This document shows, in pieces, positions 8,977-22,000 of a DNA stretch of 64,000 nucleotides. The DNA lies in contig JBDOQK010000032.1 in assembly GCA_040437565.1 (NCBI GenBank), positions 124,001 to 188,000 on the forward strand, given 5' to 3'. The stretch comes from Albugo candida. Taxonomy: Eukaryota. Position 1 is the first letter of the stretch; each line of letters starts with the position of its first letter. Under the pieces are notes generated by a model, which worked only from the letters and a program-made list of their open reading frames with translations, was not told where the DNA came from and did no database searches. A program made the position numbers and the translations under genes.

Positions 8977-11937
8977 CTATTTAATCACTGGGGCTCTTCC
9001 TCCATCGTGTCGCTGGATATATATTTCCAATGGTGCGATCAAATGAGACGCCAAATTTCCTCTGTATCTCGCTTGAACCTCTTCATTTATACGCGCGAGA
9101 ATCTGATTAAAGCCCTTGCATATTATCCCAATGCGCTTATCATCGAATTCTGTGTGATCCCTTGCGGGACTCTCTCGAAATGGCTCGAAATTTGTACCAA
9201 GATTTTTCTCAAGCAATTCGACCACTTTGCTGCAATTCCGTCGCGTAAATCGTAACATGTCAAGTACTTTGTCTAATGCACGCTTTTCGACTTCGAATAG
9301 AATCCGAGCGTACACAGCGTCAAAGATGTCATTTATTCCCTGATTTTGTACCCATATTGAATCCCATTGCATTGCCGGAGACTGAATACGATTCAACGCT
9401 TCCAAAACCAATTTCGATATGGAAGGCACAAAAGATACATTTGGCTCAGAAAGCGAACCAGACGTCGAATGTATCATTCCGTCAAACTCTGACGTAAATT
9501 CTTTGGCGAGTTTCTCGTGAGAATTTGTGTTTTTTGACGGCTTTGTGTATCGACTCACTTCATTACGGATGGCCAGAGGGAGCTCCTTATACACTTGAGT
9601 GTCAACTTGTGAGAAGAATACGTCATTGAGTGCTACAGAATCGGTGCTATGGCTCTCTATTGACCCATCAGATATCTCTGCTGGTCTGAAAAATGGATTT
9701 GCTCGCTTTCGAGTGGGAACATTACGAATGGATCTCTTGCTGGGTTTCTTCACTTGTTGAGGGCGTTTTCTTTTCTGCTTTGGAGCGATTTGTATTGTTT
9801 TTGGAAACGCGGTCATAATCTCGGTCTGAATATAAGTTGGAAGCTCGTGCAAAACACTCTTATCAATTTGGCTCGCAGAAGGCCTTCTCCACTGCTTCTC
9901 AGTAGTAGTAATCGACAAGCTTTCTTGTGTAGTTCCAGCACTCTGCACACGCTGTTTGCTACTTGTGGAAGACAATGCAGGCGATCCATGCTCGGACTGA
10001 GCCGAAAAGATCCATTTTCGGAGAGTATCTTGCTTGGTTGCAACCTCGGGATCCAGACCCATTCTCTCTTTCGGCTGTTTTTGCACCAGTTTTGTAGCAA
10101 GTAGACCAATGCCTCGCAAATCGGAATCGGGGAAGCGAAACTGATGCAATAAATGAATAGCCACACGTGCGATTGCATCATCGTCGTCCGTAGCTTCCGC
10201 GAGAATCTGCGTCTTGGAATAATCATCACATTTACCACAACCCATATACTTGAGTGGTTCGATCGACTCTCCTTTCTTGCGCTTCTTCACTTGGAGCGTG
10301 ATTGAACGCGTCAGCATGGACAGCTCTTGAAGACGTCTTTGTACCTCTTTAGCTAATTCAGTAAGAAAATCCACAGAATCTTGCCAGTTTTCAAAACGAA
10401 TTCCAAAATTCACAACTGCGGAGACCGATTTTCGCATCAGAGTTGCTTCCATGGACACTAAACGATGATCGATCCCCCGCGCGAATTGATACAAAGACTC
10501 GCCAAGCTTTACTCCACCCATTTTATCAGCCAATTCGGATTTGGTGAGTTCTCGGACCTGCCGCACAGTATCAATACCAAATGAATCGAGACGTTCCGCA
10601 GCCCGCTTTCCAACGCCTGGTAGATCCTTGACGTTCAAAGCGAGCAGGAAATCATCGGCATGTTCTCGATCTGCAATGTGATAGACTCCATTTGGTTTTG
10701 CCTTCCCAGTTGCCAGCTTTGCCAATAAAAGATTGTACGAAATACCAACACTTGCAGTGCACTGTGTTTGCTGAAATATCGCGTCTCGAATTTCGACCGC
10801 TTTCTCGGTACCATCGATTTCAGTACCAAACTCCAAAAACGCTTCATCGCAGCTCATTGCTTGAACAAAAGGCGTATGCTGAAAGAAAATCGTATAGATA
10901 TCCACCGAAGCTTTCTCAATCGCTTCGAAAGAGTATGGTAGAACCACCAAGTCCGGGCATAGCTCTCTTGCAGTATTCATAAACATCCCAGCATGAAGAC
11001 CAAACGATCGTGCAAGATAATTACACGAAGAGATCTCAGAGGTTCCAGCACTCGATGAATGTGCAACAGCGACGGGTTTCGACTCAAGTTCTTTATGCAA
11101 GTGGTGGCATTTAATCGCTATAGCTACGAAAAAACAGTCCATGTCAACGTGCAGAATGACCCGTTCCTCACTTTGCGGTGACGCTCGATGCATTGGTGAT
11201 TTTTTATACAGCGCTGCAAACTCATGCGCTCGCTGTTGGAAACGGGTACGCCATGTCCCGATATGATGCAATCTGGATTTAGCGAAAAAGCTTTTGAGAA
11301 ATTCCGGTCCGTCTTTCGAAGAATTGGTTTTCTTATTCACAACAGCGTCTTCTTTCGGCGTTTTTTTGATCTTCCGATCAAGCGAATATTCACACTTGAG
11401 CTCTTCACTCGACCGCTGCGCCAATTCGACTGAAACTTCTTTCTCAGAAGAAGCGATCGGGAGAGAGCTCTCTGACAACTTAAAACTTGCAGGAAGTGTT
11501 TCTTGCGTGGATTCATGAATCCCGGGGTAGAGAAAGCTCTTAATGCCCAAAATCTTGCTTTGCGCAACACATTGTACGATCCATTCCGGTGTCACAATTG
11601 GTGGCGGATGTCTCATCTTTTTGTATTGCCGCAATTTGGCGAGTGGTATATGTGTGGCGATAATGTGCGTCACGAGCGATGTCTGATAATGCTCGAAATC
11701 ACCGCCGTGTTGGATAATCAGTCGTCTCAATTCCTCTTTACTTGGTAAAGTGTATCCGTTGACAAAGATAACAATTTGTGCAAACAATTGTGAGCAAAGA
11801 ACCGAACCGCGGAGAATATCATTTTCGCGACGAAGCTTTTGGATTTTATGCGACATGTAGACATCAAAGTCGCCTTCATGATGCTCTCCAACAGCGCGGC
11901 ATCGTTTCGCAGAAGCGCTCGAAGAAGACCCAAGCAT
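8977..11937 (-). CDS. REV1: DNA repair protein REV1 (Y-family deoxycytidyl transferase)
   Basis: N-terminal BRCT (IFVNGYT..THIIAT..VTPEWI), SRLHHIG N-digit, HVDMDCFF and SCDE catalytic motifs, two UBM-like SQ(I/V)D...ELP repeats and a C-terminal REV1 domain; start placed at MLGSSS. Confidence 0.95.
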   Translation of the reverse strand: MLGSSSSASAKRCRAVGEHHEGDFDVYMSHKIQKLRRENDILRGSVLCSQLFAQIVIFVNGYTLPSKEELRRLIIQHGGDFEHYQTSLVTHIIATHIPLAKLRQYKKMRHPPPIVTPEWIVQCVAQSKILGIKSFLYPGIHESTQETLPASFKLSESSLPIASSEKEVSVELAQRSSEELKCEYSLDRKIKKTPKEDAVVNKKTNSSKDGPEFLKSFFAKSRLHHIGTWRTRFQQRAHEFAALYKKSPMHRASPQSEERVILHVDMDCFFVAIAIKCHHLHKELESKPVAVAHSSSAGTSEISSCNYLARSFGLHAGMFMNTARELCPDLVVLPYSFEAIEKASVDIYTIFFQHTPFVQAMSCDEAFLEFGTEIDGTEKAVEIRDAIFQQTQCTASVGISYNLLLAKLATGKAKPNGVYHIADREHADDFLLALNVKDLPGVGKRAAERLDSFGIDTVRQVRELTKSELADKMGGVKLGESLYQFARGIDHRLVSMEATLMRKSVSAVVNFGIRFENWQDSVDFLTELAKEVQRRLQELSMLTRSITLQVKKRKKGESIEPLKYMGCGKCDDYSKTQILAEATDDDDAIARVAIHLLHQFRFPDSDLRGIGLLATKLVQKQPKERMGLDPEVATKQDTLRKWIFSAQSEHGSPALSSTSSKQRVQSAGTTQESLSITTTEKQWRRPSASQIDKSVLHELPTYIQTEIMTAFPKTIQIAPKQKRKRPQQVKKPSKRSIRNVPTRKRANPFFRPAEISDGSIESHSTDSVALNDVFFSQVDTQVYKELPLAIRNEVSRYTKPSKNTNSHEKLAKEFTSEFDGMIHSTSGSLSEPNVSFVPSISKLVLEALNRIQSPAMQWDSIWVQNQGINDIFDAVYARILFEVEKRALDKVLDMLRFTRRNCSKVVELLEKNLGTNFEPFRESPARDHTEFDDKRIGIICKGFNQILARINEEVQARYRGNLASHLIAPLEIYIQRHDGGRAPVIK

Positions 11938-11987
11938 GCGGGTATACATATGACATGTGTATATCTTGCGTATAAACTGTATAATAA

Positions 11988-12060
11988 CCAATCATACGAA
12001 TCTGTATAGCATCCCGCAGTCAGCCAATCAAGAGTATAGAAGCACATTAATTTGACCAAT
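11988..12060. promoter_or_regulatory. Three CCAAT boxes in the short REV1/GCH1 divergent intergenic region
   Basis: CCAAT at 11988, 12024 and 12056, each followed by CA, within about 195 bp between head-to-head start codons. Confidence 0.5.
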
Positions 12061-12132
12061 CAATCGATGCTGCCCTATAACGAGTGGCGGCAGCGTGTTT
12101 TCTGACTCGAAAAAGGTGACAATAAAATTGAA

Positions 12133-12909
12133 ATGACAACATCTTGCGAGCTACAAGCCTCAGCTTCGTGTAACGATCAGTCTTCTCTTACCAATACGGT
12201 CAGTACTATCACAAAGTCTGAAGAACTCAATCAAAGCGGATATCATCATTCAAAGACGGTCGTAGTGAATGGATCGAATACAGTCGACTTGGAGACCCTT
12301 TCCAGCACATTACCATCCCGATACGAAAAAGACTATGAATCAGATCATATTAAACTCAATAAAATGGCGGATGCAGTCAAAATACTGTTAGAATGTATGG
12401 GAGAAGATGTCGAGCGTGAAGGCCTCCAGAAAACCCCGCTGCGAATGGCAAAAGCGTTGTTATACAATACGAAAGGGTACTCACAGTCTCTCTCTCAAGT
12501 GCTGAATCAAGCAGTATTCGAAGAAGAGCATGACGAAATGGTAATCGTGCGCGATATCGATTTGTATTCGCTTTGTGAGCATCACATTGTGCCTTTCATC
12601 GGGAAGGTACACATTGGGTATATTCCCAATGGTAAGGTCTTGGGACTCAGCAAGTTGGCTCGAGTCTCAGATGTGTTTGCGAGACGTTTACAAGTCCAAG
12701 AACGTCTTACAAAGCAGATAGCTCAAGCAATTATGGGTGTCATTCAACCTCGCGGAGTTGGCGTTGTCATCGAAGCCACTCACATGTGTATGGTGATGCG
12801 TGGTGTAGAAAAGAGCGGAGCTAGCACAGTCACAAGCTCGGTATTGGGCTGCTTCAAAACGGACCCACGCACACGAAGTGAGTTTATGGCGTTGATTCAT
12901 CGACGATGA
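12133..12909 (+). CDS. GCH1: GTP cyclohydrolase I
   Basis: [38 protein letters not shown] and [12 protein letters not shown] motifs. Confidence 0.97.
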   Translation: MTTSCELQASASCNDQSSLTNTVSTITKSEELNQSGYHHSKTVVVNGSNTVDLETLSSTLPSRYEKDYESDHIKLNKMADAVKILLECMGEDVEREGLQKTPLRMAKALLYNTKGYSQSLSQVLNQAVFEEEHDEMVIVRDIDLYSLCEHHIVPFIGKVHIGYIPNGKVLGLSKLARVSDVFARRLQVQERLTKQIAQAIMGVIQPRGVGVVIEATHMCMVMRGVEKSGASTVTSSVLGCFKTDPRTRSEFMALIHRR

Positions 12910-13038
12910 AAGAATGGAGTTGTATTGATAGAAGGTTCTAATTGCATCGCCTCTACCGTCGATTTAGATGGAGACGCCATGTCCTTACGACTGATAGGAA
13001 GCTGTGACGAATGATAAAGCCTTATGTGTTGTCTGTCT

Positions 13039-16000
13039 TTATTCCACCTCACCCACACATCGTAGGAATGCCAGGTAATCGATGTCTGGATTCTTACTTT
13101 GTGACTGGCTTGTAGGCACGCAAAAGTGCCCGGCTAAACTCTCTGCTTCGGAAGGCTGCAGACCAACCTTCATTCTGTCCAGAACGGCGGTAAACTGAGA
13201 CTTTGTCACGCGGTGACCTCGCATAGGATCATAATCCTGCAGATAAGGCTTCAACTGCAGTCGCTCCTGCTGCACTTTGAGACGAAGGCGATCAAGAATT
13301 TGCTCAATCATGGGCGCGAGGTGCTGATTGTCCCCATTCTGATCCAATTCCGACAAAGATGTGTGTTCGAGTGCGTCCAGGAAAGCGCGCCAATCAATCT
13401 TATCCTTATGGCAAGACGACTGGAATTGCATTGTGAGTGTGCGAATATCAGTCGCATTCAAAGTGCATCCACATCGATTCAAAGCAGTGTGAAACTTTGA
13501 AATGGTAATCTCACCCGTACGCAGTTTGTCGCCTTCTGTGATGAATTCTTTGAGACGAATACGTTTGGCGATAATCTGTCGACGGAGTTTGGCAACCACA
13601 CGCTCCAAATCGATGGATTCTTCTCTCTCTTCTAAACGCATACGACGCGGTGATGCAATCGCTTTGTGTCCAGAGCCACTCACTCGATTGCGATTGCTGA
13701 TACTATCCGGTAAGATTAAAGGCTCTAAAGTCTCCGTTTCCATCAGTTCCAACGCGTGCAAAAATGCACGATAATCGAATTGAACTAACGTTTCCAATGG
13801 ATTTGGGCTCTTTTCGCGAAATTTACGAATTATTAGTCGACAGAGCTTTGCATTCGGCAGCAAATTGTGCACAGAGAGTACTCTTTCAAATTTGCTTGTC
13901 GATATGTATCCATGTTTGGCGGTATCGAAATCTTCCAATGCGTCTTTGATCTCAAGTCGATTTCGTTTGATCATCGAATGAATGTTCCGAATCGTTGTGG
14001 TGACCAGAGCTTCCTCATCGATATCGAGGTCTTGCGTCTCACTATTTGATATATTTGATAGCTGGCGATTTGTATTGAAAAGCGGCGTGCGCTCCAAGCC
14101 TTTGACTGTGAACACACTATCGACATCATCCACAAACAACTTCCACTTTACGAGTTTTCTTCCTTGCGCGTCCGTCTCGTTGCAAGCATACAAATTCGCC
14201 AAAATGTCAACTTCTTCCGGCGACACAATAAAGCCACACGCATTCAAACCAGCACAAAATTTAGCAAATGTGAGCTTTCCATGACGCAGTTTGTCGAAAT
14301 CGCGAAAATTCTCTTCGATACGTACGCGATACTGCTTCACGTGTTGCTGCATGTAATGTAAAAGGATCGGAGCGGTACGAGCGGCTACTTTGCCTTCAGC
14401 TTCTTTAGTTGAAAGCTCACTCAATCGTAAAGGTGAGAGGATCTCTGAGATAATATGCGAATTTGCAGAGTTTGGACGTTGATTTGGAGCTTCCAACGTA
14501 CCCAATTGCGCCAAATCGAGGCAAAATGTCACGTAATTGATGTAGGAATCATCCAAAGCGCTTTTGTATCGGAGTAATATCACTGCGCGTTCTTGTTCAG
14601 ATATCACGAGTTGAAGCATATCCATCACCCGAAAGAATTGCGGAGTCGTGATGACTTCTCGTCGAGTCCGATCAAAGTCCTGGAAAGCAGGCTTCAGATT
14701 CATTCGTCTTGTACAGCAGTAGGTTCCCAGACGCTTCATCAGCGCATCAAAGATTTTGGTTTCCCGCTCATCCAAAACGCCCCGAATGTCGCGGGAACAT
14801 TGAGAACCTTTGCTCGCAGTTGTAAGCTTTGAAAGAGCATCCTCTCCGCCTTCGAAACAAGCAGCAAACGCTGCGTAATCGATTACAGCATTTTCCATAC
14901 TTGAATTCGCGTACTTGTTCGCCAGCAAATTCAATTGTTGTTCGGAGATTGTTGTGAAGCAGAGCTTCACACACCGTTCAAATTGCGGACGTGTGATTTT
15001 TCCCGTGCGAAATGAATCAAAATCAGTAAAAAAACTCCGTACTCGAATTCTGTCCCTCGCAGCGAGTTGGCGAAGCTGAGATTCCAAATCGCATACTCCT
15101 TCGATTTCCAGGTTCTCACAATGTACGCGTTGGCGACGCCGCTCAGGGAATTGTGGCCTTGCAATTGATGCATTTATATCGCTTGGAGATCGACTGATAT
15201 CATAATGTAGCGCTCTGTAATTCACATCCAACTGATTCCCATACGCTTTTTTCAATACATTGAGATCGGACTCATTCAAACGCACAATGCCGAGGATTCC
15301 GCGACTGAATTCTGCACGTGTCACGTATCCAGAGTTATTGTGATCCAAATCTCGAAAAACATCTTTCAAAATGATTCCACGCGGCCGTGCTGCTGCTTCA
15401 AGATTTTTCTTAATTCTGTCGAGAACGTGAGCTTCCGTTTGGGTAATTGGATCCAAGCCGTATTTCGGTTCAACAATATCAATACTTTTAGTCTTTTGCA
15501 TTTCGGGTCGTGCTTCCAGTCTTTTAATTGTAAACACTTTATCGATCAAATCGCAAAAGCGACGATAATCGNNNNNNNNNNNNNNNNNNNNNNNNNNNNN
15601 NNNNNNNNNNNNNNNNNNNNNNNNNNNNNNNNNNNNNNNNNNNNNNNNNNNNNNNNNNNNNNNNNNNNNNNGGACTCATTCAAACGCACAATGCCGAGGA
15701 TTCCGCGACTGAATTCTGCACGTGTCACGTATCCAGAGTTATTGTGATCCAAATCTCGAAAAACATCTTTCAAAATGATTCCACGCGGCCGTGCTGCTGC
15801 TTCAAGATTTTTCTTAATTCTGTCGAGAACGTGAGCTTCCGTTTGGGTAATTGGATCCAAGCCGTATTTCGGTTCAACAATATCAATACTTTTAGTCTTT
15901 TGCATTTCGGGTCGTGCTTCCAGTCTTTTAATTGTAAACACTTTATCGATCAAATCGCAAAAGCGACGATAATCGACAAAAAGACGATCGTTTGGAAGAC

Positions 16001-16211
16001 AATACTTGGCGATGATTACGTTCACCTCCTTTGATGATAATTGCACACCACTCATATCGATAGCTCTTTTAAATTGATCCGTTTTGATCTTTTTCACGCG
16101 ATGCACATCAAACGTCTTCATGAATTCTTCGAGTCGAATTCGACGTTGTTTGCATATTGCTCGTATTTTCGCCTTCACAGAGCGAAATTCCACAGAATCG
16201 TACTGGTTCAT
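13039..16211 (-). CDS. Large multi-EF-hand protein (EFCAB6-like, probably flagellar); split by an assembly gap
   Basis: Repeated F.DFD..R.G.IT..QF units. Removing the gap plus duplicated overlap (15572-15975, 404 bp) leaves one open frame of 923 codons. Confidence 0.8.
15268..15975. other. Assembly artefact: duplicated overlap across an N-gap
   Basis: 15268-15571 repeats at 15672-15975, separated by 100 N. Confidence 0.9.
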
Positions 16212-16372
16212 GGATAGCTACGAAGGGAAATCGACACGGTAGGGAATCCAAGCGATCAGAAGGAATTGCCAGCGTACTTTGGGTCGGGGTCTTTGAGCAA
16301 ACAAAAATACTGCTATTAAAATAGATTTTACCGTGGAAAGCCTATGGCAGTTTCCTAATGACACGCAATGGA

Positions 16373-18848
16373 TTAATTGACATCATCAACTGCCGGTATT
16401 GTTTCTGTAAAGTGAGAGGCTTTTGTGATAGAAATATCTCCAAATGGTTCTGCTTGCTCGATCTGGACGTAATCTAGCGTCTTCAGTTGAAGCAATTCAA
16501 AAAAAATGCCAGCCGCTGTTCTTCGACTATGTGTGTGCCGCGTGAGTTGTCGGTAGGTCACTTGTTGCTAGACAATCAATTTCGCATGTCAGAAGAGGCT
16601 CAAAGGTGTACTATGAAAGCACTTGCCTTATTCTGTAACGAAGTACGCAAAACCTTCATCACTTTGACCGTATGCGGATGCCATTTGTGTGAGGATGTTG
16701 AGAGTTGTACCAGGCTATGATTCATTGAATCGTCGATATTCGCTTGGAGATCATTCACTGCGGCTAGTTCTAGATCGAGACTTGGATTTTCTAATTCCAC
16801 AGCCATGGGAGCAGGCTCAGTTGGATTGTCTTCCGGTAACTCTGGCGCTTCTAGCGGTCTGGGGATATATGTCAATAAGGATGTGTTTGAATATGAATGA
16901 CGTACTCTTGGTTGAATTCAAAATCAGCTTCATTTTCCTTTTCCACTTCCATCAGCGGGCTCAGCGATTGGCTGGGGTCATGGAGCAAACTATCCCGGTT
17001 CAGTGAATCCTATCGAGCATTACAGGGAATTGATCGCGATGATACTTTTAGGAAGACTTACCATGCCATCAGATGCTCGTCGAGCTTGCTCAATATCCTC
17101 ATCGCTATTCTCGTCACTTTTTTCCCCTTTTTTGGTACTTCCACTTGGTTTGTCTTGGAAACACTTGAGTTTCTTTTTCATGGTCAGATCGAACATTGCG
17201 AGAAGTTCATCAGCAATATCCACGAGGCAAGGACGAGTAAATAGATCCTCGTGTGACATGGCACACGCACTTGTACGTTTTCGTTTTCCGTACATTTCTC
17301 TTGTGCATGTGATATCGGAGACGTCCGCCATTGCTTTTTTTATAAACGAAGAGCTTAATTCCGTGACGCTATCACGACCGATTTTTCGCTTCTTCTTTGG
17401 CCGTAAGTCTCTCTCATTGACTGAAGGTGCAACGTCTTCTCGATCATTCAGAAACGCCGCTTCAATTGAATCATTCATGAGATTCTTATCGACATCTGTT
17501 GATATCTCCAGTGGATTAACATTTATATTCGATGAGTTCTCGACGTCGACATCTTGAAATTCGCCAGCAAAATCATCTTTTGCAAGCGAGGTATCCACTT
17601 CGGTGGGGTTCTCTTTATCAGCAGCCGTTAAACTAGCATCATCCAAGCTCTTCTCAGCCAGATTTTCCATCAAGGATGAATCACTCAGGGCGTTTTGTAT
17701 ACTAGTATCCGCTTCACGAGCAATTTCCACATCACTGACCAAGCTCGTATTCAACATAGGATTTCTATTGACGTCTTCGTCTCTCCCATACTCAAAAGCT
17801 TCATCAATCTGGAACGCTTGCCAATCTCCACCACCAAAAGAATCGTCGACTATCGAAATAACAACTTGAGCTTCTTTCCTCACAATTCACTCAAACACAT
17901 CGTACCAACATTCTCTTCCTGTACTTGCTGCAGTGTGTTTTCCAACATGATATCTTGTCGACGGCCAGCACTCTGACTAGAGGCTGTGATCCATTCATCC
18001 AGCGAAGGTGCTGTAATAGAGCTAAAATGAATCCATCAGTAAGGCCCCACTACATCGGATGAAACAGCNNNNNNNNNNNNNNNNNNNNNNNNNNNNNNNN
18101 NNNNNNNNNNNNNNNNNNNNNNNNNNNNNNNNNNNNNNNNNNNNNNNNNNNNNNNNNNNNNNNNNNNNATTGACGTCTTCGTCTCTCCCATACTCAAAAG
18201 CTTCATCAATCTGGAACGCTTGCCAATCTCCACCACCAAAAGAATCGTCGACTATCGAAATAACAACTTGAGCTTCTTTCCTCACAATTCACTCAAACAC
18301 ATCGTACCAACATTCTCTTCCTGTACTTGCTGCAGTGTGTTTTCCAACATGATATCTTGTCGACGGCCAGCACTCTGACTAGAGGCTGTGATCCATTCAT
18401 CCAGCGAAGGTGCTGTAATAGAGCTAAAATGAATCCATCAGTAAGGCCCCACTACATCGGATGAAACAGCGTACTCGATAGAGTATGTGAGCTCCGCTTC
18501 AAATTCACCAAAATTGCTGACATTGATGGCTTGTGTGCTCGCTTGCTGATGATGAGCTGGAAGATCGACAAGACCTGGACGGAACGCCAACTTAATTTTG
18601 ACCAGTGCTTCGCTGCAGTCTGAATACAGATATTTGACTTTCCTCGAGTATATTCGCACCACACCAAGCAACAAGTGGCCACTGACACGGAGCGCTAATG
18701 GCACTTGCGGGTTGACAATAGAGTCGACAGAGCTCTGGATATCCGCAGTGAATATCTGATGCTTATTGAGCTTCTTGTCCCAATGTGCCGCGAGCCAGAT
18801 TTTCCCTAAAGGACCTTTCTTTGCGAGAATTATCTGCGAGTAAAACAT
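16373..18848 (-). CDS. RAD21: Cohesin kleisin RAD21/Scc1
   Basis: MFYSQIILAKKGPLGKIWLAAHW...LALRVSGHLLLGVVRIYSRK N-terminal domain; C-terminal winged helix RRTAAGIFFELLQLK..QAEPFGDI; several short introns; 402 bp of gap plus artefactual duplication inside. Confidence 0.93.
17767..18470. other. Assembly artefact: duplicated overlap across an N-gap
   Basis: 17767-18068 repeats at 18169-18470. Confidence 0.9.
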
Positions 18849-19017
18849 CTTTTAGCTCTTAATTGGCGTCTGTTTTCGTGCTTGCTTTTTTTCCCTCGCT
18901 TCGGATTATGTGCCGCCAAAAACATCAAACAAGGATATCTAATTTACGTGGAGCACGCTACAAACAAATGCATTTAGGAAGATCCATTTCTTCAACAGAT
19001 AACTCTCATAGCGGATG

Positions 19018-22000
19018 CTAATAAACAATGAATCCTCTGCAACAATCCTGGGTCGGAACCCGCCACGCATCGCCATTATGATCGATCAATACAAAGCTCG
19101 CGGATATCCTGTACGATCCTTTCACTGTCAGATGTTTCGCTTCGATATAAACGTCCGATACAAACATTCTGTACAGTGGTGTTGTGCCATTCCGCTTGCT
19201 ACCGCCACAAACTTGCCTCATGTCGCTTTTTGAGTGCCAAGTACCGTCATTCTCAAACTGAAATCCGAGAATTCGTGAAGACACTTTTTCGTGCATCAAA
19301 TGCTCTTTATCAATCGCATGTACGGTGATGTCGATCTCCATTTTTTGATACTCCAGTTGTCGTATCTCTTTTAGATAGCCTTTGCCCAGTGACAATGCAC
19401 CATGGAAGAAACAAGTGAATGCACTGCCGAGTGACACGCCCAATTGCGATCGCGCTCGAGGCTTTGATAAAAATGTGTTGGCCTCAGCAAAAGTTAGGAA
19501 TTGACCACTGCCTTGAACGACCCGGAGTTTTGGTATCTGTGTTTGGAAAAAAACACGAGGTAGAGCACAGGGTACGCGACGAAGGAAAGCGGAGATAAAG
19601 TGCTGGACAAAATTTACGATCCAGGCAACCTTGTCTTCCTCCGTAATGCTTTGATCAAGCATTCGTATCTTCCCGTCGACTGCGTTTTCCAAGACGATGC
19701 AAAAACGCATAAGGGGAGGCAAATGGGTGTTTGAAAGATATTCGCCATAGCATGTAGACTTGAGAATCGGAAAAGTGGAATGCCTCGAGTGGTTGGCTGG
19801 TACCACTAGAGTCTTGACAATGATTGAAAATAAATAAGCACACCGACCATACGCAATCAAAACCAGTGAATCGTACTCGCTGGTGCCCAATAGTGATAAT
19901 CGGAGCGTTTTGTATCCATCACCGACTGCTGCAAAATGAGTGGCCAACAAGTCAAACTCGTGGTCTCGTTCAATTCTGGCGATAAGCTCCACTTCTCCGA
20001 TCAGCTGCTGTAATTCCTGAACAAGTTGTAAAAACTGTAGTCGAAGAGATATGTACTGGCGTTGAAATACGAATTTCTGTGATGAATCAATGCTTCCTTC
20101 CAAGTATGTGAGTGCTTGGCTCATCTCATACAGCGTGTCCAACCCGACGACTGTGCGATTTTCTAATAAACCTGTCGGGTCAGCCACGGTGAACGAGGAC
20201 TCTGCCGAACACATTTTCTCCAGCATTAGCAAAAATCCCGTAAGCTGCTCATGTTCTGTGATATCGGCAAGTTTTGGTAGAACGCCCAATGCTAATCCAA
20301 AGAATCCATTGTGCATAACTTCTCGTGTGATTTCGTACTGCAAAAGCGAATTCCCATAGGTTTCCACTAGATGCATCATTTCAGTTAAGATCGCATTGTC
20401 TTCTTTAATCGAGTTGTCAAGAGTTCTGAGAAGAATGACAGCTAGAGCCAGATAATAACGATTGATTTCGTTGGAAAAAGAAGCTTCCTTCTCAATCATA
20501 CGAAACTCCACCATAAATGTACTGATCGCTGATTTTCGTGTTTTTTCCTTCGCAAAGCAGGCAATATGCGATATAAACACGATAAGAGCCCGTTTGATCT
20601 CCACCCGATCCTGTACGAGTACACATGGTTCGTGCACAACGACTTCGAGCAAATCCAGCAGAACAGCTGAGATGTGTGGAGCGATAATCGAAAGAAATTG
20701 CTGACAGACTTCTTGCAAACGATCCAGCACATTCTTCCACATACCAATATGAAACCAGCTTTTTTGAAAATTCTCGAACTGCAGGAACTGGAGCAGTGAC
20801 TGCAAGAAAGAAAAACTCCGTTTATTGTCCTCGTTGATTGAGTGCCTGGCGACATCGTGACTTTGGAACGCATGTATTGCAAGATTGCAAAGAATCCGCG
20901 TATAAACGCTAAATACTTTTGGACTAGTAGGATTCCGATGTACGACAATTTCGAGATTCTGCACGATTGCGCCGATATCATTGGATCTGAGCACATTGTT
21001 ATGTTTTGCTAGCTTATCCAGTAAGTAACAAGCTGATAGAAGAAACGGCGTTTCCGAGTCGAAAAGTGACCGAGTCATATCCTTACACACCTGAAAGACT
21101 TTTTCATCAATGTGGCTCTGGCACTCCAAGAATTTACACACATTTCGTATCGCAGCATTTTGAATTCGACGGCGAGCGTCGAATTTGATCACATTTTGCA
21201 TATACTCCAAGAAGACTTTTGTAAAACTAACGTTGATCGGTTCTACACATGATTGCACAATAAGACGCATTGATTGCAATACGTTGATTGCATCTAAATC
21301 NNNNNNNNNNNNNNNNNNNNNNNNNNNNNNNNNNNNNNNNNNNNNNNNNNNNNNNNNNNNNNNNNNNNNNNNNNNNNNNNNNNNNNNNNNNNNNNNNNNN
21401 TGCGATATAAACACGATAAGAGCCCGTTTGATCTCCACCCGATCCTGTACGAGTACACATGGTTCGTGCACAACGACTTCGAGCAAATCCAGCAGAACAG
21501 CTGAGATGTGTGGAGCGATAATCGAAAGAAATTGCTGACAGACTTCTTGCAAACGATCCAGCACATTCTTCCACATACCAATATGAAACCAGCTTTTTTG
21601 AAAATTCTCGAACTGCAGGAACTGGAGCAGTGACTGCAAGAAAGAAAAACTCCGTTTATTGTCCTCGTTGATTGAGTGCCTGGCGACATCGTGACTTTGG
21701 AACGCATGTATTGCAAGATTGCAAAGAATCCGCGTATAAACGCTAAATACTTTTGGACTAGTAGGATTCCGATGTACGACAATTTCGAGATTCTGCACGA
21801 TTGCGCCGATATCATTGGATCTGAGCACATTGTTATGTTTTGCTAGCTTATCCAGTAAGTAACAAGCTGATAGAAGAAACGGCGTTTCCGAGTCGAAAAG
21901 TGACCGAGTCATATCCTTACACACCTGAAAGACTTTTTCATCAATGTGGCTCTGGCACTCCAAGAATTTACACACATTTCGTATCGCAGCATTTTGAATT

